Under the pieces are notes generated by a model. It saw only the letters and a program-made list of their open reading frames with translations, had not been told where the DNA came from and made no database searches. From a virus: 64,000 bases of DNA. The stretch spans positions 1-64,000 of IMG/VR virus record IMGVR_UViG_3300047160_006395, one strand, 5' to 3'. Shown here piece by piece: positions 18,659 through 28,201 of the stretch; within the stretch, counting starts at the first letter, position 1; each line of letters begins with the position of its first letter. The translations under genes and the position numbers were made by a program.

Positions 18659-19125
18659 GCTGGATCCGCGATCCTAATGCGGCCTCCAAGCCAGTTATGT
18701 TGTCCTTCCTCATACCGTTTGATCTGGTTGCAGTTGGCACACAGCAGCTGATAGTGGCCATCTTTGTTCTCGAGCGCAAGTCTATAGACTTTACCGGCAC
18801 CAAGCCGAAGAAGTTCTTTCGTCCCACCACCTTTGACATGGTCAATTTGAAGACCGCGCCAGTCATCAAAACCACAACGGACACATTTACCACCCAATTT
18901 TTCAATGAGCGCCAACCTGGCAGCAATTCTTCGTGATCGCACCTCTTCATTGACTTTACGACGGTATTCTGGATCGGCCTGTCTCTTTTTCCTCTGTAAG
19001 GCAATTCTTATAGGTGATCGTTTAAGCTCATAAGCATGAAGTTCCTCAGCATGAGCTTGCCGATACGCCTTATTCTTCGCCTTCACTTTCTCACAGTGCT
19101 TCCTGTACGATGCTTTGCTTGCCAT
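18652..19125 (-). CDS. HNH endonuclease
   Basis: LGGKCVRC...LQIDHVKGGG...YQLLCANCN. Confidence 0.9.
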   Translation of the reverse strand: MASKASYRKHCEKVKAKNKAYRQAHAEELHAYELKRSPIRIALQRKKRQADPEYRRKVNEEVRSRRIAARLALIEKLGGKCVRCGFDDWRGLQIDHVKGGGTKELLRLGAGKVYRLALENKDGHYQLLCANCNQIKRYEEGQHNWLGGRIRIADPAC

Positions 19126-19134
19126 GACGAACCC

Positions 19135-20082
19135 TCAACACTGAATGCACCCTGCGTCACTGATCTTCGAGCCCAGAACAAGCTGACTGAACGCATTCAC
19201 CTGAGCAGAAAGCTGACTGAGAAAGTTCTCCAGGGTTTGCTCGGCGGTACCGAGCAACTCAAGCTCCTTGGTAAGCGACTCCAGCTCTGAGCACCCGCAG
19301 CACGCTGATGAGCACGTATCAGTGAGCTGGAGACCATGCGTGATCGGGTCGATCTCTATGCACACTTTGCCATTCAACTGGAAGTTGCCATAAGGATCAG
19401 GCCCAATACCGTTGATTGTCATGATCGGCCCGGCAGTAGGCTCTTCGCAGGCGCAAGTCTCGGTCAGGCCCTTACCCTCGATGGCATCGAAGCGGACTTC
19501 AGCCGCGAGCCCCGGTACCTGACTGACCGTGATCTGCATATTGCTGCCAGCTTCAAAGATGACGTGCCCGGTGATCGGAGTGCTCAGCTCACCGTTGTTC
19601 AGAATGCGGATCGACTGGATGCCGCGTATCATTGGCCGGATGCAATCGCTGTCGAGCTTGCCATCCTGATACCTGAAGGAGAACTGCCCGGCTGGCTGTT
19701 GATCGATCGAATCCAGGATCCCGATGACGATCTTGCCTACCGTATCGTCGAACGCGCTGACACCAGGCAGCGCATAGGACATGTTGGGCGTGTGCGCGGC
19801 CTTGCTGATGACGGCCGTGGCGACAACCGTTGCACTGCCGCTGTCATCGTTATAGCTGATCGAGACACTGTAGCCGGTCGCGAAGACTGAGACCGAGCTG
19901 ATAAAGAACTGCGAGGGATCGACGTCCAGGCCAGCGTGGATAGGCAGATAGAGACCCAGCAAGAAGTCATCGGGAAGCTGGAACGTGCCAGTACTATCGG
20001 TCTTGGTGGCATCTTCGGCCAGCGGATAGGAGCGCTGGCTGTTGTGGTTTAACCATTCGAGGTTCCAGATGCCGATGGGCAT
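19135..20082 (-). CDS. NxxRxYP-family virion protein
   Basis: WLNHNSQRSYPL; IMTINGIGPDPYGNF; CSSACCGC followed by coiled coil. Confidence 0.7.
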   Translation of the reverse strand: MPIGIWNLEWLNHNSQRSYPLAEDATKTDSTGTFQLPDDFLLGLYLPIHAGLDVDPSQFFISSVSVFATGYSVSISYNDDSGSATVVATAVISKAAHTPNMSYALPGVSAFDDTVGKIVIGILDSIDQQPAGQFSFRYQDGKLDSDCIRPMIRGIQSIRILNNGELSTPITGHVIFEAGSNMQITVSQVPGLAAEVRFDAIEGKGLTETCACEEPTAGPIMTINGIGPDPYGNFQLNGKVCIEIDPITHGLQLTDTCSSACCGCSELESLTKELELLGTAEQTLENFLSQLSAQVNAFSQLVLGSKISDAGCIQC

Positions 20083-20083
20083 G

Positions 20084-22075
20084 TCACTTCCTCTTTGCCT
20101 TCACCGCCGTTGTTGACGCCTGTGCCGGCTGCACGTTGATCAAGACACCAACTGGCCGCATGATCCCGATCTCGCCGGAATAGCCGTCCTTGGTGCCAAT
20201 TCTCGTCAGGGTGACGAGTATCGTGTCGCCAGCATTCACAGCGTTTCCGCCAGTGCTCGGGACCGGGATCGGATCGCTCTGAACCTCGGTGTATTGATCA
20301 ACTCCGATACCCAGACCAGTACCATTGAGGTTCAGAGGTAGCTCGTCGATCAGTCCTGGCAAAATGACTGGTGACGATGGTGGCGCCCACAACACGGGCG
20401 GAGCTGGTGGTGCTGGCTGCGCTGGCTGGGATGGTCGTTCCAAGATACGGTAGCTCAGCGACAGGCTTGGCAGCGTACCGCTGGCCCGCCCCAGAACCTG
20501 CATCCGTATCGCCACTGTGGGGTGGGCAGGCAAGCCGGTAGTCGGAACGAAGAACCGCATCCGGATGCTGGTATCGTAGTTGGCATCGAAGCCGATATAA
20601 GGAACCTCGAGATAGAACCGCTCCTGGGTCTGATCCAGCCGGAGAAGATCAGCCGGTAGCTCCAGCTCGCCGGCTTGCGTGTTGACGTCGATCTGGACGA
20701 GACCCTGATAAACGGTGGTGGTACTTTTGGGCAGGGTCCCGGTGATGCCGTTCAGCGAAGTCAACGTGCAGCTACTGCCAGCTATCAGCCCTTCAGTGAC
20801 AGGGCCTTGCTGGAAGTGGCCGGTATCGGGGTCCAGCGTCTTGAGGACCACTGAGCCAGGATTCATACCAGGATCGACCAAGAAAGCCAGATCGATACCG
20901 GCGAACAGGTCACCCGTCTTTGCAGGCAGGCCGCCTTCATAACAGTCGGTGAACGTCAGCGGGCTATTCTTCGCCGGCTGTAGGCTAGTTACCACCGTGC
21001 GCTCGGTGGTGAAGACCATCACGGTATAAGCCAGGATGATCTCGAACTCCAGTAGCCGCGGGCATTCAGGCCCGGTGGCAGCGTTGTCTATCAGCCAGGG
21101 TGGATCAGGACCTGACGTGGGTGGCGGGACAGAAGGAGCCCAGTTCGCGGGCCATGGCGCGTCGTCGACACAGTCGCTCATCCACCAGATGCCGAAATGA
21201 TCGACGACGCACAAGCCGCCCTCACCCATCGGCACCAGCTTCCCACCCGTGGTATCTTCACCACGATCAAGGAAGATCACGGCCGAGTCTGGTGGAATTG
21301 GCGGAAAGATTCGAGACAACGCAGGATGCGTGGACAGGTTATAGCCGAAAGCCGCTCCCGTCGGAGCCAGGTTGTTGAAGATGGCATGGTTGGCCGGCAG
21401 CCAACCTAACTTGGTCGCATCAGCCACGCCCACGGAATGGTGGAGCGCGCCGTCGGCGCCGCTGGCAATCACGTTAATCCCTGCCGGCTGAGCATACAGC
21501 CGAACTTTGTAGTGGATGTGATCTTCCAGGAAGTCGCGCTGAATCGGTTGGACGACCGCGTAGCCGTCATCGGTATAAACCAGCACCGAACATGAGACGG
21601 CCGGCCGCTGCTGCACCAGCATGCCAGGTGTTTCACTGGACAGGTAATACCGGCCCGGCGGTGCACTGTTAGGAGAGGAGCCAACAGTGACAGCCTGTGA
21701 GATATCGACGAGCTGCCGGCCAGCCAGAAGGATATCGGCCTTGGTTGCGTTCGACTTGAAGATGATGATGCCGACGCAATCCGATGAAGGTGTTGTCACG
21801 AGCGTTCCGGTCGTCGGGTCAGACACGACGGCGGCCATGGCCCGCTCATACTGCGCGGTGACGCTGTTGCGATAGACCGCCATGCCGACCAGAGCGCCTG
21901 GCTCTACTGTTTCGCCATGCGCGATAACGCCTTCACCCAGCTCGGCCGAGTCGATGCGATCTTTCAGATAATGGGTGTTGCCTTCGAGCCCACGAGTCGG
22001 CCGGCTATCAATGGCACCATTGACAGCCTCGCCGTCGTTGACGTGCTGAACCCGGTTGATCCATACGCCAGGCAT
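20084..22075 (-). CDS. Putative baseplate/tail-fibre-base structural protein (663 aa)
   Basis: Position after wedge genes; beta-rich; N-terminal 'RP...LEGNTHYLK' resembles tail-fibre N-termini. Confidence 0.55.
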   Translation of the reverse strand: MPGVWINRVQHVNDGEAVNGAIDSRPTRGLEGNTHYLKDRIDSAELGEGVIAHGETVEPGALVGMAVYRNSVTAQYERAMAAVVSDPTTGTLVTTPSSDCVGIIIFKSNATKADILLAGRQLVDISQAVTVGSSPNSAPPGRYYLSSETPGMLVQQRPAVSCSVLVYTDDGYAVVQPIQRDFLEDHIHYKVRLYAQPAGINVIASGADGALHHSVGVADATKLGWLPANHAIFNNLAPTGAAFGYNLSTHPALSRIFPPIPPDSAVIFLDRGEDTTGGKLVPMGEGGLCVVDHFGIWWMSDCVDDAPWPANWAPSVPPPTSGPDPPWLIDNAATGPECPRLLEFEIILAYTVMVFTTERTVVTSLQPAKNSPLTFTDCYEGGLPAKTGDLFAGIDLAFLVDPGMNPGSVVLKTLDPDTGHFQQGPVTEGLIAGSSCTLTSLNGITGTLPKSTTTVYQGLVQIDVNTQAGELELPADLLRLDQTQERFYLEVPYIGFDANYDTSIRMRFFVPTTGLPAHPTVAIRMQVLGRASGTLPSLSLSYRILERPSQPAQPAPPAPPVLWAPPSSPVILPGLIDELPLNLNGTGLGIGVDQYTEVQSDPIPVPSTGGNAVNAGDTILVTLTRIGTKDGYSGEIGIMRPVGVLINVQPAQASTTAVKAKRK

Positions 22076-22085
22076 GGATTCCTCC

Positions 22086-22682
22086 TCACTTGAAGGTCAT
22101 CGGATACTGGATGCCCACCTGTCCCGACGGCACCTTGGGAACCTGATTGCCTGCCTGGTAGTAGCTCCGGGAAAACACCACATCCTGGGTTGGGTCATTC
22201 GGGACAGGCGCAGCTGCCAGCGCAACGCCGAAGACCACCGAGTTCACACCATCTGAAAACGGCCGTCCGTATACCCCGGCCGTGCCCTGGCTCTGAGCGA
22301 AGAAGATGACGCAGTTACCCTGATCGGGATCCAGGTACTGCTCGAAACCGGGAGCAACTTCGATGTCGGGATATGGCCGGATCGGCACGCGCAAGTAGTC
22401 GCGCCACGGGTTAGATGCCAGGCCGTTGTAGTAGTCAATTCCATCCTGGCGCGTGAACGATGGCACCGAGACCGGCCTATCCTCGGTGTTGTTATCGAAC
22501 TCCAGGTACATGACCGATACCCGGTATGCGGTATCGCCCATACCCACGCAGCGCCCGATGATGTAGCCCCAGGTGTACAGAAGCGTATTGGGCGTGGCTA
22601 CGCGATGGATCGGGGTCCAGAGTCCCGTCTTGTCGTCGACGTGGAAGGCGAGATGTTGACCAACAGCGGTGGGTCCATCCAT
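22086..22682 (-). CDS. Putative baseplate protein (198 aa)
   Basis: Synteny; tight packing; beta-rich. Confidence 0.5.
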   Translation of the reverse strand: MDGPTAVGQHLAFHVDDKTGLWTPIHRVATPNTLLYTWGYIIGRCVGMGDTAYRVSVMYLEFDNNTEDRPVSVPSFTRQDGIDYYNGLASNPWRDYLRVPIRPYPDIEVAPGFEQYLDPDQGNCVIFFAQSQGTAGVYGRPFSDGVNSVVFGVALAAAPVPNDPTQDVVFSRSYYQAGNQVPKVPSGQVGIQYPMTFK

Positions 22683-22710
22683 ATCAGTGGCATCCTTGCT
22701 AAGCGTGTCG

Positions 22711-24231
22711 TCAAAGCTCTAAATAACAGGTGCCCATCATTATGGAGGCAACAGGTGGACCATCGCCAATCGAGTTGGGATCGCCAAACTCATAAAGGAG
22801 ATTGCCGGCGGTGTAGGACAATAGTACCTCATCAACCATATCTGGAGTAGCAGAGTCCTCCACAACCGGCATCTCGATCACGATCAAGACCATCTCATGC
22901 GGCGGTACGATTCGCCGTAGATGACGGAGCTGAGCCAGGCCCAGGGCTCCTGTGCCAAACCCACCGGTATTGATCTTGACGAGCAAGGCATTATGCCGCA
23001 GATAATTGTTCGCCAGGAAGGCCAGCGGGTTGATCGATGCCGGCAGGCTTCCGGCCCCGGGCTCACCGTCCGGTGACTCCCGGACATCAAGCAGCTGCGC
23101 CAAGGTCGTGCCGCTGGCCACCCCACGCCGGTGAACCTCGTTCCAGAACTCGGTCACGTCGGCTGGAAACCCGCCAAGAACCCAGCTAACCTTCGTGTAG
23201 CCATCGACGTTGGGCTCGACAATCAAAGGCACATCAATGTTGCTGAACGTCAGGTCGGACAGGTAACCCGGCCCCAGCATGCCATCACCAATCGACAGGG
23301 CATCGAGCCAGTCCGGAGTGGTGCCGTGATTCAGGTACCATGTCTGGACCGTATCAACGAGCGAGTCACCAGCCTCGACGTTATCACCGATCTGGACCAC
23401 TGGGGCGCAGGTTGTCGGGTACTGATAGGCCCACTGGTCGGTGATCACCAGCATCGCATTGGCAAAAGTCGTGATGTCCTGAACAGTCTCGTTCCCTCGA
23501 GCAAGCGGACAGCCCGTCACGGCGGCCAGCATCTGATCGAGCTGTTCAGTCGCCGTGCAGCCCGTAATCGCATCCAGGAGGGCGTTGACCAGATCCTTGT
23601 ACCCCTGAGACGACGGCAGCCGGATACCCATGATGTAGCCAAACTGGGTCCAGATAACCTCCTGGTCGATGGACGGCCGGAATAGCCACAGAGTTATCTG
23701 TTCGTCAATCACCTGGCCCGTAACGCCATCCAGAACCGGGGTCGTAATGAATCGGGGATCGACAAACGGATCGGCGGCGAAGACCAACCGGCCATCATCG
23801 ATCATGAAGTCGACGCCGCGGGTCAAGGTAGCTGACGGTTTGTAGATGCGGTTGAAGATCAGATCGACGTTGATGACCGGGCAGTTCCAGGAATACACGG
23901 GCGCGCCACCGCTGGCGGCACCATAGAGTAACTTGCCGCCGAAAAGGCCAGATCCTGCTCCACCATAAAGAACAGGGGTAATACCCTTCTGGGACGCAAG
24001 AATGGTATAGGCGTACCACTGCTCCGTATGGTAGACCGGCATGGTATGCCGACCAACCGAGTTGATCGTCTCAGCCAGGTCGATGCTGGCCTGGTAGCCG
24101 GCCTCGCCGACGCCATTGCAATGCCCAACGACCTGGTCGACGCCCAGGAAGAGGTCGGACCAGAAGCTCCCGATCAGGCTCAGGAGCTTACGAAAGTTGT
24201 GCAGATCGCTGTCGATGAACGTGTAGCTCAT
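22711..24231 (-). CDS. Putative baseplate wedge protein (gpI/gp7-like)
   Basis: Downstream of the J-like gene; 'LRRIVPPH' C-terminal motif typical of wedge proteins. Confidence 0.6.
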   Translation of the reverse strand: MSYTFIDSDLHNFRKLLSLIGSFWSDLFLGVDQVVGHCNGVGEAGYQASIDLAETINSVGRHTMPVYHTEQWYAYTILASQKGITPVLYGGAGSGLFGGKLLYGAASGGAPVYSWNCPVINVDLIFNRIYKPSATLTRGVDFMIDDGRLVFAADPFVDPRFITTPVLDGVTGQVIDEQITLWLFRPSIDQEVIWTQFGYIMGIRLPSSQGYKDLVNALLDAITGCTATEQLDQMLAAVTGCPLARGNETVQDITTFANAMLVITDQWAYQYPTTCAPVVQIGDNVEAGDSLVDTVQTWYLNHGTTPDWLDALSIGDGMLGPGYLSDLTFSNIDVPLIVEPNVDGYTKVSWVLGGFPADVTEFWNEVHRRGVASGTTLAQLLDVRESPDGEPGAGSLPASINPLAFLANNYLRHNALLVKINTGGFGTGALGLAQLRHLRRIVPPHEMVLIVIEMPVVEDSATPDMVDEVLLSYTAGNLLYEFGDPNSIGDGPPVASIMMGTCYLEL

Positions 24232-24704
24232 GGGATCACAATCTCAACATCCCTGCGTTTGCAGCTATCAGGCATAAGGATCACGACCAGTGATGGGTCC
24301 ATGATCAGCCGGTCGACTGGAGTCTCGGTAAAATTCTCGGAGAGTTCCAGTCCTGGCTGCTGCGATGTCTCAAGGGCCAGCCCAACGTAGCCACCAGAGA
24401 TCTCGAACCTGTAGTGAACCACGAGCCCGTCTGGAATATGCAGGTAGCAATGGCTGTTAGGTAAGTGAGCCCAGAAGTCGCCACCGTGGCCGCGGCGTAG
24501 ATTACCAGCCGGGTGGGGGCGATAAGGCTCAGGGTTGACAACCAGCTCCTCGTCGCGGGGCAGGCCAGCAGTTTCATCAGTCAGGCAGTCGGCCAGGCTA
24601 CCGAGGGTAGGCCGAGCCGAAGTAGGATCAAGATGGGCTTCCATGAGGGTATCGATGAATTCGCGAATATGCTGACGCCGTGCGGGGAGAGCTGAGGTCG
24701 TCAT
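24228..24704 (-). CDS. Hypothetical protein inserted between wedge genes
   Basis: AAGGAAG RBS; ATGA overlap with the downstream gene. Confidence 0.6.
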   Translation of the reverse strand: MTTSALPARRQHIREFIDTLMEAHLDPTSARPTLGSLADCLTDETAGLPRDEELVVNPEPYRPHPAGNLRRGHGGDFWAHLPNSHCYLHIPDGLVVHYRFEISGGYVGLALETSQQPGLELSENFTETPVDRLIMDPSLVVILMPDSCKRRDVEIVIP

Positions 24705-24719
24705 GGTTTCTTCCTTGGG

Positions 24720-26402
24720 TTAGATGTCGGGCATGTCCACATCAATGACGGAAACACCGACGTCAAGCGGATCGAGAAAGAAGGTCACGGTGCGAGGGGT
24801 GATCATGAGGCCCGGGTTATCAGGAACTATGAGTACCTCCGTACTACGAATTCGCCGGACAGTACCATCCGGTTGCCGGATGGTGCCGAACATATCGATG
24901 GCCCCGACATAGGCACCATCAGGAAGCTGTTCCTGGATCAGCTCAGAAAGCAAACTGGCGTAGAGCTGACCAGGAAAACCCAGTGAGTTGACCAGCTGGG
25001 CCGCGCTCGTGCAAATACCGTCCACAATCGATTGATCGACAACAACCGTGGCCCGCTTGTTGATGTTGAAGTTGATGGTCAAGAAACAAGGCATCGGAGC
25101 CTTGACCAGAACATCACCGGCAGGAGCCCCAAAAGAACGACCAGAGACGGTATCTTGCATGTCGCCGATCAACGGCATGGTCCGCAGCGAAACATTGTAC
25201 GGAGCCGTTGACGTACTCGGGACCAGACCAGAAACCGATGTGTCCGTATCCAGAAACTGGATCGTCGCTGCCTGATACCGACTATAAACGGCCTCGAGCG
25301 GCACGACGATATCGGGCACGAAGCCAGGGTAATTAAGGTCGAACCCGCGGATATCGCTGGTGACGTCGTAACCGGCATCATCTTGCGGTCCGGTTGTCAG
25401 CCCGATCCGGTCGACCATGTAAAACCCGGCGATGGGGGTGAAGTTCGCATCGGTATCAGACGAAGCAATCGAGAGCTGCCAGATTCCACCTGCCGGGGTT
25501 GCCTGCATGAAGGTGGCTGTCTTTGTAAGGGTGATCGACAGCGGCAAGTCCTGGGTACGGGCATAGAGATCCACCCGGCCGAACATGGCAATCGGCATGA
25601 TGGTGTGCTTGTCGCGAAGCATCTCGGCGTCACCAGCACCGATGATCGAAGTCTGGAGCATGCGCGCGTACGCAGGCATGGCCCGCAAAGAAGCATCGAT
25701 CGTGACCCGGTTCGACCATGCTTGGGCCGCCATGCCAGCCTGAAGACGGGCGAGCATATCAGCGTTGGTCTCGGCGTCGAAGCCGCCGCTGAAGTCGCTC
25801 TCCGCGTATGCGCGGGCGAAGTACGGGATCGGATCGAGCGTGATCAAGCTGGCACCGCGTCGGAGCATACCAGCACTGCCCGGATCGACAGCGGTCACCG
25901 GGATCGAAAAGGAATAAGTGCCATCGCCTACAGGCTGGAGCACGCGGTCTGTGGAATTGGTAACCGTTTGCTCGTTGATCCTGGCCGCATAGGCTTGGCC
26001 GGGCGTGAACAGGATGCCGTTGGCCGAGAACTGATTCGACGCCGGGATAACAACCGGCGTCAAGGTCTGGAGAATGATGGTGATCGTACCCGAAGCAGGC
26101 GTGCCGGTCTGACGATCGATACGGAAGTTGGACAAGGCCGCATCAACGACAGTCTGGTCGCTCAGTTGCGGGTCTGTGGAGATCGCCAGCAAGCTGGAGG
26201 ATTCCCGCAAAAGCTCCATGCGAGTTCGTTGTTCAGCGCCCAGAACAGCCGTCAGATACAAGACGATATCATGAATTACCCCGCGCTTGGTCTCCAGCTC
26301 AGGGAATTGTTCGGCCATCCGCTCGGATAGCTGTGCCTGCACCTGAGCCACAAGATCATGGTCAAGCGTCGACAGGTCAAGTACGTCAAGAATGTCGGCC
26401 AT
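24720..26402 (-). CDS. Baseplate J-like (gp6-like) wedge protein
   Basis: R.TGTPASGTITI, A.DPGSAG, GGFDAETNADMLAR, GRVDLY motifs; follows the gp25-like gene. Confidence 0.85.
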   Translation of the reverse strand: MADILDVLDLSTLDHDLVAQVQAQLSERMAEQFPELETKRGVIHDIVLYLTAVLGAEQRTRMELLRESSSLLAISTDPQLSDQTVVDAALSNFRIDRQTGTPASGTITIILQTLTPVVIPASNQFSANGILFTPGQAYAARINEQTVTNSTDRVLQPVGDGTYSFSIPVTAVDPGSAGMLRRGASLITLDPIPYFARAYAESDFSGGFDAETNADMLARLQAGMAAQAWSNRVTIDASLRAMPAYARMLQTSIIGAGDAEMLRDKHTIMPIAMFGRVDLYARTQDLPLSITLTKTATFMQATPAGGIWQLSIASSDTDANFTPIAGFYMVDRIGLTTGPQDDAGYDVTSDIRGFDLNYPGFVPDIVVPLEAVYSRYQAATIQFLDTDTSVSGLVPSTSTAPYNVSLRTMPLIGDMQDTVSGRSFGAPAGDVLVKAPMPCFLTINFNINKRATVVVDQSIVDGICTSAAQLVNSLGFPGQLYASLLSELIQEQLPDGAYVGAIDMFGTIRQPDGTVRRIRSTEVLIVPDNPGLMITPRTVTFFLDPLDVGVSVIDVDMPDI

Positions 26403-26413
26403 GCTGATCTCCG

Positions 26414-26929
26414 TCAGATTGTGGTCGTAACTGGTGCGTAAGGCGTGGCGGTCGGAGTAGGCGCAACTATCCCAGGCGTAGTCGAGATGGGCATGATCAC
26501 CTCACGGGCACTACCCGCCTGGCTCTGTAGAGAAACATGGAGGATCGCGCCGCCATTTACGATGACCACCGAGTCCAACGTGGCACTGGCGTACCGCTCA
26601 TCGAGTGGATCAGTGGTTAGTTCTTCAGCGGTGAGGCTCAGCTCGAGTTCGTTCAAGGCAAGATTGAAGGCGATGAACACATCGGTCTCGGTGTGGAGAT
26701 AGCCCTGACGAAACTTGGTCATGAACTGGGTGCCGCGGGCCGGCAGGTAAAGCATCGAGCCAAGCTCGGTAAGCAACTCCAGGACAAACCGCTGGGCCAG
26801 CTTCTGAATTCCGGTACAGAGCATACCGGCGGCAATGTCATTGAAGAGGATCTGCTGGAGCAGCACCTCCCCCATAGGCTTGGCGCCCTGCAATGCCAGA
26901 ACATCATAGACCCGCAGGTCGCCATTCAT
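26414..26929 (-). CDS. gp25/gpW-like baseplate wedge (sheath initiator)
   Basis: TGIQKLAQRFVLELLTELGS...P.RGT motif; synteny. Confidence 0.75.
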   Translation of the reverse strand: MNGDLRVYDVLALQGAKPMGEVLLQQILFNDIAAGMLCTGIQKLAQRFVLELLTELGSMLYLPARGTQFMTKFRQGYLHTETDVFIAFNLALNELELSLTAEELTTDPLDERYASATLDSVVIVNGGAILHVSLQSQAGSAREVIMPISTTPGIVAPTPTATPYAPVTTTI

Positions 26930-27366
26930 TGTGCCTGTCCAGACTTCAGTGCATTCTGCACGTGCTTGAGCACATGACCCCAGAAGATACCGTTAGGTTT
27001 CGAGTGCCCACTACGCCGGGCCATCGCGTGGCCGATACAACGGACCGGAGTAGCGTGGCGGGCCCTGAAGCCCCGCTCCATCTCGGCGATATAGTCGCCC
27101 TGCGTCTTGACGCAGATCACATCACCGACTGTTCCTGGATCAGTGCCATCCTGGATCAGCTGGGCATAGTTGGTGTCGATCGCGCTGCGATCAAAGCCAG
27201 CCGTGATCCCACCAATGTTAAGAGGATCGGCGACATTGGGTGGAAAGTTCCATGGTCGGGGAGAACCATTATTCCGGTTCATGGCAGCTTGTTGCCCGGC
27301 CTGGGTACCAAGCGCCTGTAGATTCGGCTGAAAGGTCGTCGTGTCGATCTTGCCCTTGCTTGCCAT
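26926..27366 (-). CDS. Hypothetical protein (146 aa)
   Basis: AGGAGG RBS; ATGA coupling to the gp25-like gene. Confidence 0.7.
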   Translation of the reverse strand: MASKGKIDTTTFQPNLQALGTQAGQQAAMNRNNGSPRPWNFPPNVADPLNIGGITAGFDRSAIDTNYAQLIQDGTDPGTVGDVICVKTQGDYIAEMERGFRARHATPVRCIGHAMARRSGHSKPNGIFWGHVLKHVQNALKSGQAQ

Positions 27367-27380
27367 CTAGATCCTCCTGG

Positions 27381-28175
27381 TCACAGTAACGCGGAATCCT
27401 CAAACTCATCGAGCATCTGCTGGATCCTCGCCGCCCGTTGGCTGACAGCCCCTGGCGAGAGTTTCAGTCGGCGGGCGATCTGCGAAGCTGGCAGCTTGGT
27501 CGCCCCGTTCAGGCCCATGCCGTACTCTAAGATCACCTGGTCGTGTGGGTCCAGGTCATGGTACAGAAATTCAGCTCTGAGTTTCGTCCGATCCGGTCCT
27601 TCGACGGCCGGCTCGAACCCGCCGCCCGCACCACCTTCCTCGTCCTCATCGGCAAGCAAAGCCAACCGACCTTCGGACACCGGTGACCGGTACCCGCGGA
27701 TGTGAGCAATACGCCGCCGTGATAGCCCGGTATGGTCAGCCAGCTCCAGATCTGAAGGATCACGACCGAGGCGGTCACTCAGTTCTGCCTCAGCTTCATT
27801 CAGATGATGCTGATCGAGGGCCACAGCTTCGGGAACATGGATCACCTGGTTCTGCTGGGCGCCGTAGCGTCGCAGACCCTGAAGATGAGCCATCAGATGG
27901 GTCTTGAGGCTGGCCTTGGATGGGTCGTACCTGCCGGCGGCTTGCAATGCAATCCGGCGGGCACGGCTCCGCATCATTGGATTGGCGCTCCGACCGCCAT
28001 AGACATTCAATCCTTCCTGGATCACCGGATCGACAGCCTTGAGGAACGCATCGGAGCTGGTCGGGTTAGGATTGGCTGACCAGGCGTGAAAGGCGGGAGC
28101 GAACTTGGGTTCAAGCCGGTTGGTTGGCGCAGAAAAGCTGTCATCGAGCTTGGCCGGCGTGAAAGTGCTGGGCAT
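27381..28175 (-). CDS. Phage RNA polymerase sigma factor, group 3 (FliA/WhiG/SigF-like)
   Basis: Region 2 YDPSKASLKTH, region 3 LSDRLGRDPSDLELADHTGLS, region 4 HTH SQIARRLKLSPGAVSQR; GGAGG RBS. Confidence 0.85.
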   Translation of the reverse strand: MPSTFTPAKLDDSFSAPTNRLEPKFAPAFHAWSANPNPTSSDAFLKAVDPVIQEGLNVYGGRSANPMMRSRARRIALQAAGRYDPSKASLKTHLMAHLQGLRRYGAQQNQVIHVPEAVALDQHHLNEAEAELSDRLGRDPSDLELADHTGLSRRRIAHIRGYRSPVSEGRLALLADEDEEGGAGGGFEPAVEGPDRTKLRAEFLYHDLDPHDQVILEYGMGLNGATKLPASQIARRLKLSPGAVSQRAARIQQMLDEFEDSALL

Positions 28176-28184
28176 GGTTCCTCC

Positions 28185-28200
28185 GATACGCTGCGTAACG
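28185..28200. promoter_or_regulatory. Palindromic operator-like site GATACGCTGCGTAACG
   Basis: Abuts the sigma RBS; recurs at 45578 and 63292. Confidence 0.55.
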
Positions 28201-28201
28201 A

